A model generated the notes under the pieces. That model was not told the DNA's origin and made no database searches. It saw only the letters and a list, made by a program, of their open reading frames with translations. A DNA stretch of 64,000 bases from an uncultured Chthonomonadaceae bacterium (GTDB taxonomy: Bacteria > Armatimonadota > Chthonomonadetes > Chthonomonadales > Chthonomonadaceae): NCBI GenBank assembly GCA_963835065.1, contig CAWIEK010000019.1:34917-98916 (forward strand), written 5' to 3'. A program made the translations under genes and the position numbers. How positions within the stretch are numbered: position 1 is the stretch's first letter; the number at the start of each line of letters is the position of its first letter. Positions 54,340 through 64,000 of the stretch are shown here, in pieces.

Positions 54340-55396
54340 TTGGAATTAGAACAAAAGAGAGTTCTGATTTCCTGTGACCCGGAGTTTGAGGCGCAGGCAT
54401 TGCAGGAACTGCGGGAGATGCGGCCCGCCATGCCTGCGCCCGCGTGGGTGGGAGATGGCGTTGCGTTGTGCGAAACGGGGCTGGCGTTCGATGCCTTTGC
54501 CGTTTTGGTAGCGGAACGCGCCCCCATTTTCATTCGGCATATCGCGCCCGTACAACGCGCAGTGGACTTGCGCGGCGAGGAAAGCGATCTGGAAACGTTG
54601 GGCGAGGCCGCGCAGAGCCTTGCGCCGTTGCTGAACCCGACACGAAACATTTGCGGTACAGGCGCGTTTTCTGCACGAGGAAGCGCGTCCGTACCGCAAG
54701 TTTACGCTCAACGAGACGATTTCCACGCGGCTGCAGGAGTGTACGGGCGCGATAATGGAGTGTAAAACGCCCGCGCAGGTGGTTTCCGTTGCGTGTACGC
54801 AGACGCAGGGGTATGTCGGGATTTCCCGCACTGCGCTGAACCGCAGCGCGTGGCCGGGCGGCGAACACCGCTTCAAGCGCGAAGAAGGGCAGATCAGCCG
54901 CGCCGAGTTCAAGCTGCTGGAAGCCCTCGATGTGTTCGGGCTGGAACTTCCGACAGGCGGCAAGGCATTGGATATGGGCGCGGCTCCGGGCGGCTGGACG
55001 CGCGTTCTGCGGCAGCAGGGCTTGCGCGTCGTGGCCGTTGATCCCGCCGATATGGACGCGCGGTTCCGGCGCGACCCACTTGTTACGCATGTCGCCAAAA
55101 CCATTGAGGCGTTTCTGCCGGGCGTGAAAACTCGCTTTGATGTCCTGGTCAACGATATGCGGATGAACGCCGATGCGTCGGCGGAAATGATGCTGCTGGC
55201 AAGCCGCTGCGTCGTACCCGGCGGACTGGCGATTATGACGCTGAAACTGGTTCGCTCGGTAGAAACGCGCCACAACATTCTGGAAGAAGTTCGTCTCGCG
55301 CTGCAGCGTTTGAAGCGCGATTATCAAATCATCGGGGCGCGGCAACTATACCACAACCGCAGCGAAGTAACGGTTGTACTCCAGGCACACGGATAG
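54340..55396 (+). CDS. RlmM/FtsJ-like rRNA methyltransferase (frameshift near 54650)
   Basis: SRAEFKLLEA, DMGAAPGGWT, VAVDP, ND, TLKL, QLYHNRSEVT. Confidence 0.88.
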
Positions 55397-55517
55397 GAAG
55401 CCCCTCCCGTAAACCGGGTACTGAAAGTACCCGGCAGGAAAGTGCAAGCGTCCTGCGGACGCAAATGTTGGACATCAAAATTTCGCGAAAATTTCTGCAA
55501 AAATAGGCTAAATGTTG

Positions 55518-55544
55518 GGAACAAGGGGCGGGAGTGTTCCGTCT
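55518..55544 (+). promoter_or_regulatory. Candidate ECF-sigma promoter
   Basis: GGAAC-N17-CGTCT. Confidence 0.45.
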
Positions 55545-55554
55545 CTATGTATGT

Positions 55555-56133
55555 AATCCACGCAGTTGGAGAAAACTGAATAAAGACAACTGAATAGCGC
55601 GAAAAACCGAATAATCCAAAAAACCGAATAGCGTTGAAAAACAAATAGCGAACAATAAAATGAATACCGTTTCCCACATCGGCAAAGTCTGTTGGTGTGT
55701 GGTTCAGACCTAGAGCGTCTGTGCAATGTCTTTGTGGGCATTACGCAGGCGCTCGTTTCCATATAGCAGTATCCAAGATTCCATACCGGTTTGAAAAACT
55801 TCATAGTGGTCGCACAACTTCATAGTGGCAGAAACAATTAAATAGCGGACGCAAAAACTTTATAACGCGCAAAACTGCATACCGGCACAATCGATTACAG
55901 GCACAACTGAATACACAACTTAATACGCGGCAATCGGAATTTCCGACAAGACAATGACATACGGGTACAACTACATAGCAAGCAAAAGCGTTTACAATCG
56001 AATAGCGCGGCACAACACAATAGAGAGACAACCTAACACGAAATAGCAAATGTTACATAATAGGGTGGTTCGTACAATCGCCCGATGGTTTGAAATAGCG
56101 GGAAGCGGGCAATTATGCCGCTTCCCGCTATTT
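55555..56133 (+). ncRNA. Candidate repeat-rich non-coding RNA
   Basis: About 20 degenerate A(C/A)AAC-N2-3-(A/C)ATA(G/C)CG motifs; no credible ORF; promoter-like and terminator-like bounds. Confidence 0.5.
56093..56133. terminator. Intrinsic terminator-like hairpin
   Basis: AAATAGCGGGAAGCGG ... CCGCTTCCCGCTATTT, a 16-bp perfect stem. Confidence 0.7.
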
Positions 56134-56135
56134 AG

Positions 56136-56579
56136 GTCAGCGTGCCCAGGCGTAAACGCCGGGGCTTGTCCCTAATTTCAAGCCGTAGCCGTTAAGCGGA
56201 ACAATAGGCAGGCTGACAGGGCTGCCCGTGTTCAACTCGCTCTACAAGCCGAGCAGAGCCATGCTTGTCGGAAACTGCAAACGCTTTCCTGAGACGGTTT
56301 ACTTGCCAGTGTGCAGACTGTTGGCATTGTGCCCTCCCTGCTGTACCAGGGTTTTCAGACATTATGCAGACCAGTTCCAGAGAGCCTGTTGACAAGGCAG
56401 GCTCCGAAAACTTGATGCTCGTTCTTACGCTTGCACCTAAACGATAGTTCCCGTTTCGCGGGAGAAAGGATGGAGAACGGAATGTTTTTGATGGGAAAGC
56501 CTTTTGCTGACATAAAAGTTTCCCAACCGGAAATCCATTCCTCCCTACGGCTAAAGCCGAGGGTCTCCTGGATTTTACG
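56136..56579 (-). mobile_element. Non-autonomous IS200/IS605-family remnant with both ends and a decayed tnpB 3' region
   Basis: Left-end hairpin CCCTCGGCTTTAGCCGTAGGG; right end ACAAGCCCCGGCGTTTACGCCTGGG..GCTGAC; residual ENPGT..QCQQSAH..NR..F resembles the TnpB zinc-finger region. Confidence 0.65.
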
Positions 56580-56642
56580 ATGATATGGAAAAACCAAATA
56601 GCGGCGAATGGGTATTCGTTGCGCATTGGGAGGAAGTAAACA

Positions 56643-56915
56643 ATGAGTTGGCTTGTATGGATCGTGATTGGCCTTTTGGCGGGCGTGGTGGCGAAGATGG
56701 TCATGCCCGAAACGCGGGACGAACCCTCCGGCCTGATTGGAACAATGCTGCTCGGTATTTTCGGGGCCGTCGTTGGCGGGTGGGTATCCGGCCTGTTCTT
56801 CGGCTCCGCCGCCGAAAGCGGGATGAACTTCGGCAGTTTGTTTATCGCGTTTGTGGGTTCGTGCGTCGTCATCGGCTTTGTGCGCCTGTTCGACCGCTCG
56901 GCGCAGATGTACTGA
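56643..56915 (+). CDS. GlsB/YeaQ/YmgE transglycosylase-associated membrane protein
   Basis: WIVIGLLAGVVAK.VMP..LGIFGAVVGG..AFVGS. Confidence 0.92.
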   Translation: MSWLVWIVIGLLAGVVAKMVMPETRDEPSGLIGTMLLGIFGAVVGGWVSGLFFGSAAESGMNFGSLFIAFVGSCVVIGFVRLFDRSAQMY

Positions 56916-57024
56916 AAAGGTTCAGGTTTACGCCCTGACCGCCCTGACCCGTGATCCCTTCTCCCAAGTTTGGAAGGAGGAATATTTATTGGGATAAGTC
57001 TTTAATGCCGATGCAGGCGGCAGT

Positions 57025-58518
57025 TTACGTCAGGGCACTCAGTTCCTGCAGCAGTCGGCGGGCGTACTGCGCTTCTACGGTATCTATATGGAGCGCGACA
57101 GCCTGCTCCAGCATCGCTTTTGCTTCCTCCCTTCTGCCAAGCTGATGCAGGCAATGCCCCGCGTAAAAATATCCTCGCGGCAGTAGCACGGGATCGGGCG
57201 CAAGGGCAAGGTATTGTTTCCAACAATCCAGACTGCGCGCGTACTCTGCGAGGACATAAAAGGCGCGTCCTATATTTCCCACGATGATACGCTGCGTGGC
57301 AGGGTCCTGCCGGAAATCTGCGAGACGCGCTTCCATATCCGCCGCTTGCGCGCTCACTTCTTCGCGCCGATTTTGCATTGCCAGCAGCCATATCCCGCCC
57401 GCCTGAAAGCGCGTGGAAACTTTGGTGTCGTTGCGCAGTCCTTCCAGCCCTTCTGCCAACTTTTGCAGTCCCTGCTCCGGCAAATTCCGTTCCCCAAGCA
57501 GCATGGCGGTTTCACAGGCATACACTGCCTGCATCCGCTTTTGTGCTGAAGGCGTGGCAAACTGCTGCGCGCGCTGCGCCTGCTCCAAAACCTGCGCGGC
57601 CTCCCCAAAACGCCCCCAATTGCACAGTATCTCGTACTGGCCGGCATACACGTTACGCCTTTGGCTGATGCTCATGCCCGCCGCCTGTTCACACATCTGC
57701 ATCGCTTCCATCAGCCGGCCCATGCGCCGCCGCGTTTCCGCCATCTGCACCATGAAACGCGCGGCCGCGTCCTGATTGCCCGCGTTTGTGGCGATTTCCA
57801 GTGCAGTTGCGAGATGCGCTTCCGCTTGTTCCAGTTGCCCCAGAGCGTTGCAGCCCAATCCCGCCGCGCTGTGCGCGGTCATCAGGACCGTCAGGCCGGG
57901 TTTCAAGGCAATGGTTTGTTCACCCCAGCGTATAGCCTGCTGCGGCTGCCCGCTGTTGAACGCGGCCAAAGCCAACTGCACCATCGTTCGCGTTCGGGCG
58001 GCGGTATTGCCGGGCGGAATCAGCGCCAGGCTGCGCTCATAAGCGGCATACGCTTCCAGGAAACGCTGCTGCTTGTTCAGCATGCCCGCTTCAACCAGCA
58101 ATTTATCCGCATCCGGGGCGGCCCCGGCAAGCAGTTCCTCGGCCTGCGTCCGCTCCGCAGTGGCTTGCAGCGCCTGCCCTGCGCCTTCCAATGCTTCCGC
58201 GAGGCGCTGACGCATCCGCGCTTCCACCGCAGGCGCAAGCCGCGCTTTGAGATTGGCTTGCAATAGTTCTGCGGCTTCCACATACTGCCCCTGCTCCATC
58301 AGTAGCCACGAGAGCCGGTACCGGGCATCACGTCGGGCGACATCGCTCAATAGCGTGGGCGTGGCAATCACGCGCCGGTAGAGGCGGCAGGCCGCGTCCT
58401 TACGCCCCCGCGCCTGCGCGTTTGTGGCAACGGAAAACGGCAGCCACAGTTTCCAGAACTCCCGCAGCAGCAGCCCGGCAACAGCCACAACTGCCAAAAG
58501 CAACAGTATCCACATCAA
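57025..58518 (-). CDS. Membrane-anchored tetratricopeptide repeat protein
   Basis: N-terminal TM segment and repeated TPR-like helices; exact start uncertain. Confidence 0.8.
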   Translation of the reverse strand: MMWILLLLAVVAVAGLLLREFWKLWLPFSVATNAQARGRKDAACRLYRRVIATPTLLSDVARRDARYRLSWLLMEQGQYVEAAELLQANLKARLAPAVEARMRQRLAEALEGAGQALQATAERTQAEELLAGAAPDADKLLVEAGMLNKQQRFLEAYAAYERSLALIPPGNTAARTRTMVQLALAAFNSGQPQQAIRWGEQTIALKPGLTVLMTAHSAAGLGCNALGQLEQAEAHLATALEIATNAGNQDAAARFMVQMAETRRRMGRLMEAMQMCEQAAGMSISQRRNVYAGQYEILCNWGRFGEAAQVLEQAQRAQQFATPSAQKRMQAVYACETAMLLGERNLPEQGLQKLAEGLEGLRNDTKVSTRFQAGGIWLLAMQNRREEVSAQAADMEARLADFRQDPATQRIIVGNIGRAFYVLAEYARSLDCWKQYLALAPDPVLLPRGYFYAGHCLHQLGRREEAKAMLEQAVALHIDTVEAQYARRLLQELSALT

Positions 58519-58697
58519 ATCTATCCTTTTCCGTCTTGTCTTCTTGTGGTTTCCTTCAGCGTTCCACTGGCCGCAGCTTTGGCGCTAGCTCGCGCAATTT
58601 TCTTATTTCAGGCGCGAACGCCGTTTCCACATTCAGACGAGGAAATCCTTGTTTGTTACGCGCAGGAAGCGCGGCATACGGTATAATCAACTCAACT

Positions 58698-61175
58698 ATG
58701 AAACCAAAATTTTCCAACCTCCATTCCTTACGCTCTTTTCCTCAGCCGCGCGTTGCCCTGCTTGCCGGAATCTTGCTTGGCGGCGTGACCGGCAGGGCAG
58801 GCGCGCAGTCGCCAACATCGAAACCAACGCCGCCTTTGAAAACGGATGCAAAGCAAACAAGCGCAAAGCAGATAACAACAAAGCAGACTGCAAAGGCGTG
58901 GTGGCCTGCCGCCGTCGAAAACGCGCTGGCGCAGGCGGGAAGCAATCGCGCCCAACTGGAAATCGCGCTGCAAACTGTACCCTCTGCGCAGCGCGAAGGG
59001 ATGCAGTTCCTCATCGCAAACATGCCGCTTGCCGATCTGCAAACGCTGCAAGCCTCGTACCTGCTGAATAGTACCGCCATTGCCTACGAAGCGCGGGACA
59101 ACTCGCCGTGGAAAACGCGCGTTCCCAACGACATTTTTCTCAACGATGTTTTGCCCTACGCCTGCCTGAATGAAGCGCGGGACAACTCGCGCCAATTGCT
59201 GCGCGACAAATCTCTGCCCCTGATTGCCGACTGCCAGACCCCGGCGGAAGCCGCGCACCGCTTGAACGAAAAACTGTTCCCCCTGCTCAAGGCCAAGTAT
59301 TCTACCGAACGCAAGCGCCCCGATCAAAGCCCGCTGGAAACCATCGCCAGCGGCAAAGCGACGTGTTCCGGCCTGTCTATACTGCTGGTGGACGCCTGCC
59401 GCGCTGTGGGAATCCCGGCTCGCGTGGTCGGTACGCCGCTCTGGACGAACATGCGCGGCAACCATACGTGGGTGGAAATCTGGGACGGCGACTGGCACTT
59501 TCTAGGCGCGGCGGAACCGGACGCGCAGGGATTGGATCGGGGCTGGTTCACGCATGACGCTTCCCTTGCGAAGAAGGACGTGCCGCAGCATGCCATCTAC
59601 GCCAGCAGTTTCAAGAAGACGGGCCTGCCCTTCCCGCTCGTGTGGGCGGAAGACATTGAATGGGTTCCCGCCGTCAACGTCACGGATCGCTATACGCGCC
59701 TGGCATCCGCCGAAGCCGGGAAAACGCGCCTGCTCATCAGGGTGCTGAACGGCGCGGGCAAGCGCGTGGTTGCCCATGTTACTGTGCGTGAAGCGGGTAC
59801 GCCTGCGCCCCTGCTGATCGGCGACAGCAAGGGCGAAACGGCGGATTTGAACGACATGCTGAGTGTAGATGTGTTCCGCGCCTGCCCCCCGCGCCAATAC
59901 GAAGTGCTGGCGGACTGCGCGGGGCAAGTCGTCCAGAACACGATAAAAGCAGGCATGGAAGCGCAGGAAGTCGTCACTATCAACCTCGTCAATCCCGCGC
60001 CGAAAAAAGTCGCAGGCGATAAGAGCGGGCGGCTTGCCGACCTTTTCGCGGCCCGGTTTGGCGCGGACGCGGACAAGAAAGCAGCCGCGCAAAAGCAACT
60101 GGCGGGCATGAAAGTGGACGCTCCGAGCCGTGAGTTGGCATGGCAAGCCTATAAAGCCTCGCCCGCGTGGACAAAACTGCGGCAGGAATGGGAACAGAAA
60201 ACCGTTGCCACTCCTGACCGTACCAGTCCGTACCTGTGGCGGCATGTGGGCGAAAAGCCTGCGGACGGGTGGGCCTTGGTGATTGCCATGCACGGCGGCG
60301 GCGGAGCGCCCAAGCCTGTTAATGACCGCGAATGGCAGTACATGTTCGACAAGTATTACAAGGAGCATCCCGAAGCGGGCGGGTATGTGTATCTTGCCCT
60401 GCGCGCGCCCAATGACGAATGGAACGGCTTTTATGACGACGCCATTTGCCCGCTTGTGGAGCGATTGATTGCGCAGTTCGTGTTGTTTGATGGCGTCAAC
60501 CCGGACAAGGTGTACACGCTCGGCGCGTCGCACGGCGGGTATGGCGCGTTTGTCATCGGTCCCAAAATCCCCTATCGCTTTGCGGCTGTTCACGCCGCCG
60601 CGTCCGCGCCAACGGATGGCGAAACGATGGGCGAGAACCTGCGCAACGTGCCGTTTACCATTATGACGGGCGCACTGGACAACGGCTACGGGCGCATAGA
60701 CCGTGACCGCAAATTCATGGCGCGGGTGGAAGAGTGGCGCAAGCAGTACGGCGGCTACAACATCGCCCTGACCGCGCCCGAAGGCGTCGGGCATCTGGTT
60801 CCCGACCACGACTTTCTGGCCGAAATGCTCAAAGCGAAACGAGACGCCTGGCCCAAGCAAGTTGTCTGGACACAGTCGGATGCCGTATTGAAACGCTTCT
60901 ACTGGCTGGAAGCGCCTTCGCCCGTCAATCAGGGCCACATCGAAGCGAAAGTGGATGGCAACACCATCACGCTGAAAGCCGAAAAGCAGGCAAAACTCGC
61001 GCTGTGGCTGGACACGTCCCTTGTGGATTTGAGCAAGCCCGTAACCGTCATCGTGGAAGGCGGCAAAACGCAGGTCTTCAAGCCCAAATCTTCGCTGGAA
61101 ACCTTCTGTACGGGCCTCGACCAAACATCCGACCCGCGCTTATCCGCGCCGGTTCGCATTGAGGTGACGTTGTAA
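58698..61175 (+). CDS. Exported transglutaminase-like domain plus alpha/beta-hydrolase fusion
   Basis: CSGLSILLV.ACRAVGIPAR..NHTWVEIWDG.W; MHGGG, GASHGG, GVGH. Confidence 0.85.
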   Translation: MKPKFSNLHSLRSFPQPRVALLAGILLGGVTGRAGAQSPTSKPTPPLKTDAKQTSAKQITTKQTAKAWWPAAVENALAQAGSNRAQLEIALQTVPSAQREGMQFLIANMPLADLQTLQASYLLNSTAIAYEARDNSPWKTRVPNDIFLNDVLPYACLNEARDNSRQLLRDKSLPLIADCQTPAEAAHRLNEKLFPLLKAKYSTERKRPDQSPLETIASGKATCSGLSILLVDACRAVGIPARVVGTPLWTNMRGNHTWVEIWDGDWHFLGAAEPDAQGLDRGWFTHDASLAKKDVPQHAIYASSFKKTGLPFPLVWAEDIEWVPAVNVTDRYTRLASAEAGKTRLLIRVLNGAGKRVVAHVTVREAGTPAPLLIGDSKGETADLNDMLSVDVFRACPPRQYEVLADCAGQVVQNTIKAGMEAQEVVTINLVNPAPKKVAGDKSGRLADLFAARFGADADKKAAAQKQLAGMKVDAPSRELAWQAYKASPAWTKLRQEWEQKTVATPDRTSPYLWRHVGEKPADGWALVIAMHGGGGAPKPVNDREWQYMFDKYYKEHPEAGGYVYLALRAPNDEWNGFYDDAICPLVERLIAQFVLFDGVNPDKVYTLGASHGGYGAFVIGPKIPYRFAAVHAAASAPTDGETMGENLRNVPFTIMTGALDNGYGRIDRDRKFMARVEEWRKQYGGYNIALTAPEGVGHLVPDHDFLAEMLKAKRDAWPKQVVWTQSDAVLKRFYWLEAPSPVNQGHIEAKVDGNTITLKAEKQAKLALWLDTSLVDLSKPVTVIVEGGKTQVFKPKSSLETFCTGLDQTSDPRLSAPVRIEVTL

Positions 61176-61370
61176 AGCCCTGCGCCGGGGATTGAAAATC
61201 CCCGGCAGCACAAAACAATCGTCCTTCGGACGCAACTCTTTAGGAAGGTTCCCGCGGACGCAGTTCTGTATCAAGATTCCCGCGTCCGCAGGACGCTTGA
61301 CCTTTCCTGCCGGGGATTTTCAATCCCCGGTTCTTGCAAACCCCTGAGAAATAGAAAAGCGAACAACCCA

Positions 61371-62345
61371 ATGGATCGAAAAACATTTCTGAAAACAGCG
61401 GCGGGAACAGCCCTGACATTGAGCGCGGCAAACGCGCAGGCGGGGGAAGAAAAGGAGACAAGGAGACAAGGAGACAAGGAGAACGCAAACCCAATGCCTG
61501 AACACCTGAATACCCCAACACCTGAATACCAAACACCCAACACCGATGGTCCGAAGAAAGCCGTCCTGTACGGGATGCTGCCGTCCGGCCTGAGTTTGGA
61601 GGATCGGTTCAAGTTGGCGCGGGATGTGGGCTTTGCGGGCGTGGAAGCGCCGCCGCTGACCGAGCAGGCTGAGTGCGAGCGGATGCGGGCGGGCGCGGAG
61701 AAGGCAGGGATTCGCGTTCATTCCGTGATTTATGGCGGCTGGGACCCGCCGCTTTCCCATCCCGACCCGATGCAGCGCAAGCGCAGCGTGCAAAACGCGC
61801 AGGCGGCTTTGCAGGGCGCGAAGTGGATGGGCGCAGACGATATATTGCTGGTTCCCGCCGTTGTAGACGCCCATACGTCCTACAGCGAAGCGTGGAACCG
61901 GGCGCAGGACGGAATCAAGCAATTGATTCCAACGGCGGAAAAACTGGGCGTATTGATTTGTGTGGAAGAAGTCTGGAACAACTTTCTGCTCAGTCCGCTC
62001 GAATATGTTCGCTTTGTGGACGGCTTCAAAAGCCGGTGGGTGCAGGCGTATTTCGATGTGGGCAACGTGGTCACGTTCGGCTGGCCGCAGGACTGGATAC
62101 GGACACTTGGCAAGCGCATCCACAAAGTGCATCTAAAGGATTACAAGGGCGGGCCGGGACTGTTCGGCGGCAACAAAGGCAGTTTCGTCAACCTGCGCGA
62201 AGGCAGCATTGACTGGCCCGAAGTGCGCCGCGCCTTTGCCGACATCGGCTACACCGGCTGGATGACAACGGAATTGGGCGGGGGCGATGAGGCGTACCTG
62301 CGCGACATCAGCGTCCGCGTAGACAAAATCCTTGCGGGAACTTAA
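61371..62345 (+). CDS. Sugar phosphate isomerase/epimerase (TIM barrel) with a Tat-like signal
   Basis: MDRKTFLK; EEVWNNFLLSP, YFDVGN, VHLKD. Confidence 0.9.
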   Translation: MDRKTFLKTAAGTALTLSAANAQAGEEKETRRQGDKENANPMPEHLNTPTPEYQTPNTDGPKKAVLYGMLPSGLSLEDRFKLARDVGFAGVEAPPLTEQAECERMRAGAEKAGIRVHSVIYGGWDPPLSHPDPMQRKRSVQNAQAALQGAKWMGADDILLVPAVVDAHTSYSEAWNRAQDGIKQLIPTAEKLGVLICVEEVWNNFLLSPLEYVRFVDGFKSRWVQAYFDVGNVVTFGWPQDWIRTLGKRIHKVHLKDYKGGPGLFGGNKGSFVNLREGSIDWPEVRRAFADIGYTGWMTTELGGGDEAYLRDISVRVDKILAGT

Positions 62346-62479
62346 AACCACGGAAAACACGTTTTCTTCTCCTGGGTTGCCTTAAATCGTGCAGGGATTG
62401 CGGCAGTTGTTGCCTAAACACAATTCCGGGATAAACTCTCGATGCGCCCTACGTCGGGCGCAAGTAAAACGAAGGAGAA

Positions 62480-63550
62480 TTGGCAGTGGCACATAATGTA
62501 ACCTTGATTCGGGGCGATGGAACGGGGCCGGAACTGGTGGAAGCGGCAAAGAAAGTGCTGGACGCGACGGGGGTCGGCTTCAACTGGGATGTGGTTGAGG
62601 CGGGCGTGGACATCATGGAAACGGCGGGAACGCCCCTGCCCGAAAACGTGCTGGATTCCATCCGCAAAAACAAAGTGGCGCTGAAAGGCCCGATTACCAC
62701 GCCGATTGGCACGGGCTTCCGGTCGGTCAACGTCGCTCTGCGCAAGGAACTGGATTTGTACGCTTGCATCCGCCCATGCAAATACTACCCCGGTATCCGC
62801 TCCAAATATCAGGACGTGGACTTGGTTGTGGTGCGCGAAAACACGGAAAACCTGTACGCGGGCGTGGAATACGACGTACATTCGGACGAGGCCAAGCAGA
62901 TCATTGGCATGGCGGGCGGCAAAATCCGCGAGGACGCGGCCATTTCCATCAAGCCGATTTCGGAAACGGGGTCGCGCCGGATCGCCAAAACCGCGTTCGA
63001 GTACGCCCGGCAGTATGGCCGCAAGAAAGTAAGCGCAGTCGCCAAAGCCAACATCATGAAGTTCACGGACGGCCTGTTCTTCCGCATGACGGCGGAAGTA
63101 GCGAAGGACTACCCGGAAATCGAATATCAGGAAGTCCTCGTAGACAACATGTGCATGCAGTTGGTGCAGAAGCCGGAATTGTACGACGTGCTGGTGATGG
63201 AAAACCTGTATGGCGACATTCTCAGCGACCTGTGCGCGGGGCTTGTGGGCGGGTTGGGCGTTGCGCCCGGAGCCAACATCGGCGACACGATGGCGCTCTT
63301 TGAGCCGACGCACGGCAGCGCCCCCAAGTACAAGGGCCAGAACAAAGTCAATCCCGTCGCGCTGATCCTGTCCGGCATGTTGATGCTGCGCTACCTGAAA
63401 GAAGAAGACGCGGCAGACCGGCTGGAAAAAGCCATTGCCGCCGTGATTCTGGAAGGCAAGGATGTCACCTACGACATGAAGCCCGACCGCAACGACCCCA
63501 CCGCTGTCGGCACGTCCGAAATGGCGGACGCGATTATCGCTAAACTGTGA
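62480..63550 (+). CDS. Isocitrate/isopropylmalate dehydrogenase family protein, probably isocitrate dehydrogenase
   Basis: [45 protein letters not shown]. Confidence 0.92.
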   Translation: MAVAHNVTLIRGDGTGPELVEAAKKVLDATGVGFNWDVVEAGVDIMETAGTPLPENVLDSIRKNKVALKGPITTPIGTGFRSVNVALRKELDLYACIRPCKYYPGIRSKYQDVDLVVVRENTENLYAGVEYDVHSDEAKQIIGMAGGKIREDAAISIKPISETGSRRIAKTAFEYARQYGRKKVSAVAKANIMKFTDGLFFRMTAEVAKDYPEIEYQEVLVDNMCMQLVQKPELYDVLVMENLYGDILSDLCAGLVGGLGVAPGANIGDTMALFEPTHGSAPKYKGQNKVNPVALILSGMLMLRYLKEEDAADRLEKAIAAVILEGKDVTYDMKPDRNDPTAVGTSEMADAIIAKL

Positions 63551-63664
63551 CCTCACCCCCAGCCCCTCTCCTGGCCGCTCGTTCCTCGCTAGGAGAGGGG
63601 AGACTGTTGATTAGTGGACGCTCCAATTTGTACAATTCTGAAAGTGGAGTGAACGCGCTGTATT

Positions 63665-63731
63665 GACCTCTTTCATAAGTCTACTCAATGAGATGATTTC
63701 GCGCTGTCTACGAGGACTTGTGAAAGAGGTC
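63665..63731. mobile_element. MITE-like element with 17-bp terminal inverted repeats (copy 2)
   Basis: GACCTCTTTCATAAGTC ... GACTTGTGAAAGAGGTC. Confidence 0.6.
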
Positions 63732-63799
63732 TAATGAGTTGAAGGAGGCGTTTTTAGTTGGGGCGGGGAATACTGTTTTTGCAATCTGCTCTGTGAGGT

Positions 63800-64000
63800 A
63801 TGCGCGTGACGGAATGGGACTATAAAACTGCGTTTGCTCTTGCATATCCGCCGGAACCCATTACGTGGGAGCAGTACATGGCGGAGGATTATTTACGGCG
63901 GCGTTTTGATATTCTGGACGGTATACGCTACTTTCATCTTTCCGCAAGTCTGGCGGAGTCGGAAATCAAAACCAACCTCAGCCTTGCGTTTATCAATCTA
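63800..64000 (+). CDS. Probable Uma2-family endonuclease, 3'-truncated by the window edge
   Basis: Hand translation ..ITWEQYM..RRFDILDG..EIKTNL; GAGG RBS. Confidence 0.5.
   Translation, partial: MRVTEWDYKTAFALAYPPEPITWEQYMAEDYLRRRFDILDGIRYFHLSASLAESEIKTNLSLAFINL

Noticed and set aside
55555..56090. CRISPR array, TIGR array, type III TA antitoxin or replication origin
   Set aside because: Units are short, degenerate and irregularly spaced with no fixed spacer length; no adjacent cas, Tas, toxin or rep gene; I saw no DnaA boxes.
56136..56579. Plus-strand HEARO/IscB omega RNA
   Set aside because: The 5' end resembles it, but the interior fits a minus-strand tnpB 3' remnant better; not fully excluded without a covariance search.
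56192..56872. 226-aa minus-strand ORF as a real gene
   Set aside because: It spans the antisense of the GlsB-family gene and a decayed IS remnant.
59502..61124. Long antisense ORFs (also 62414-63556, 35540-36739, 14865-15977)
   Set aside because: Shadow frames expected from GC-rich codon bias opposite well-conserved genes.

Overview
A GC-rich, chromosome-like bacterial window. The lineage cannot be fixed from the sequence; an outer-membrane porin implies a diderm cell. Roughly 15 conserved genes carry 1-bp frameshifts, which points to an unpolished long-read assembly rather than mass pseudogenisation. The centre is a ~15 kb potassium/ion island: DUF2294 (MpsC-like) behind a candidate attenuator, a small peptide, kdpFABC, a porin, a CPA1 antiporter, a non-canonical histidine kinase/response regulator pair, a KimA-like permease and a stand-alone KdpD-N/USP protein. 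An accessory patch follows: an HNH cassette between 94-bp direct repeats, a degenerate two-repeat I-E-like CRISPR unit, and an AT-richer protein-arginine-deiminase-like gene in an operon with LysM/peptidoglycan-binding genes. The window also holds a type II R-M pair, TA remnants, two S10 peptidases, msrB, an mhq-like cluster, a SARP-ATPase-TPR regulator, an ABC-F protein, an RlmM-like MTase and an IDH. Best novel signals: (1) a ~580-nt non-coding array of ~20 degenerate ACAAC..ATAGCG motifs between an ECF-type promoter and a terminator (candidate protein-sponge RNA); (2) the terminator/antiterminator leader of DUF2294-kdp; (3) a CxU selenocysteine rhodanese hidden from the ORF track; (4) heptamer-repeat elements inserted in frame inside proteins; (5) the PAD-like effector module; (6) a 262-nt cytosine-free tract.
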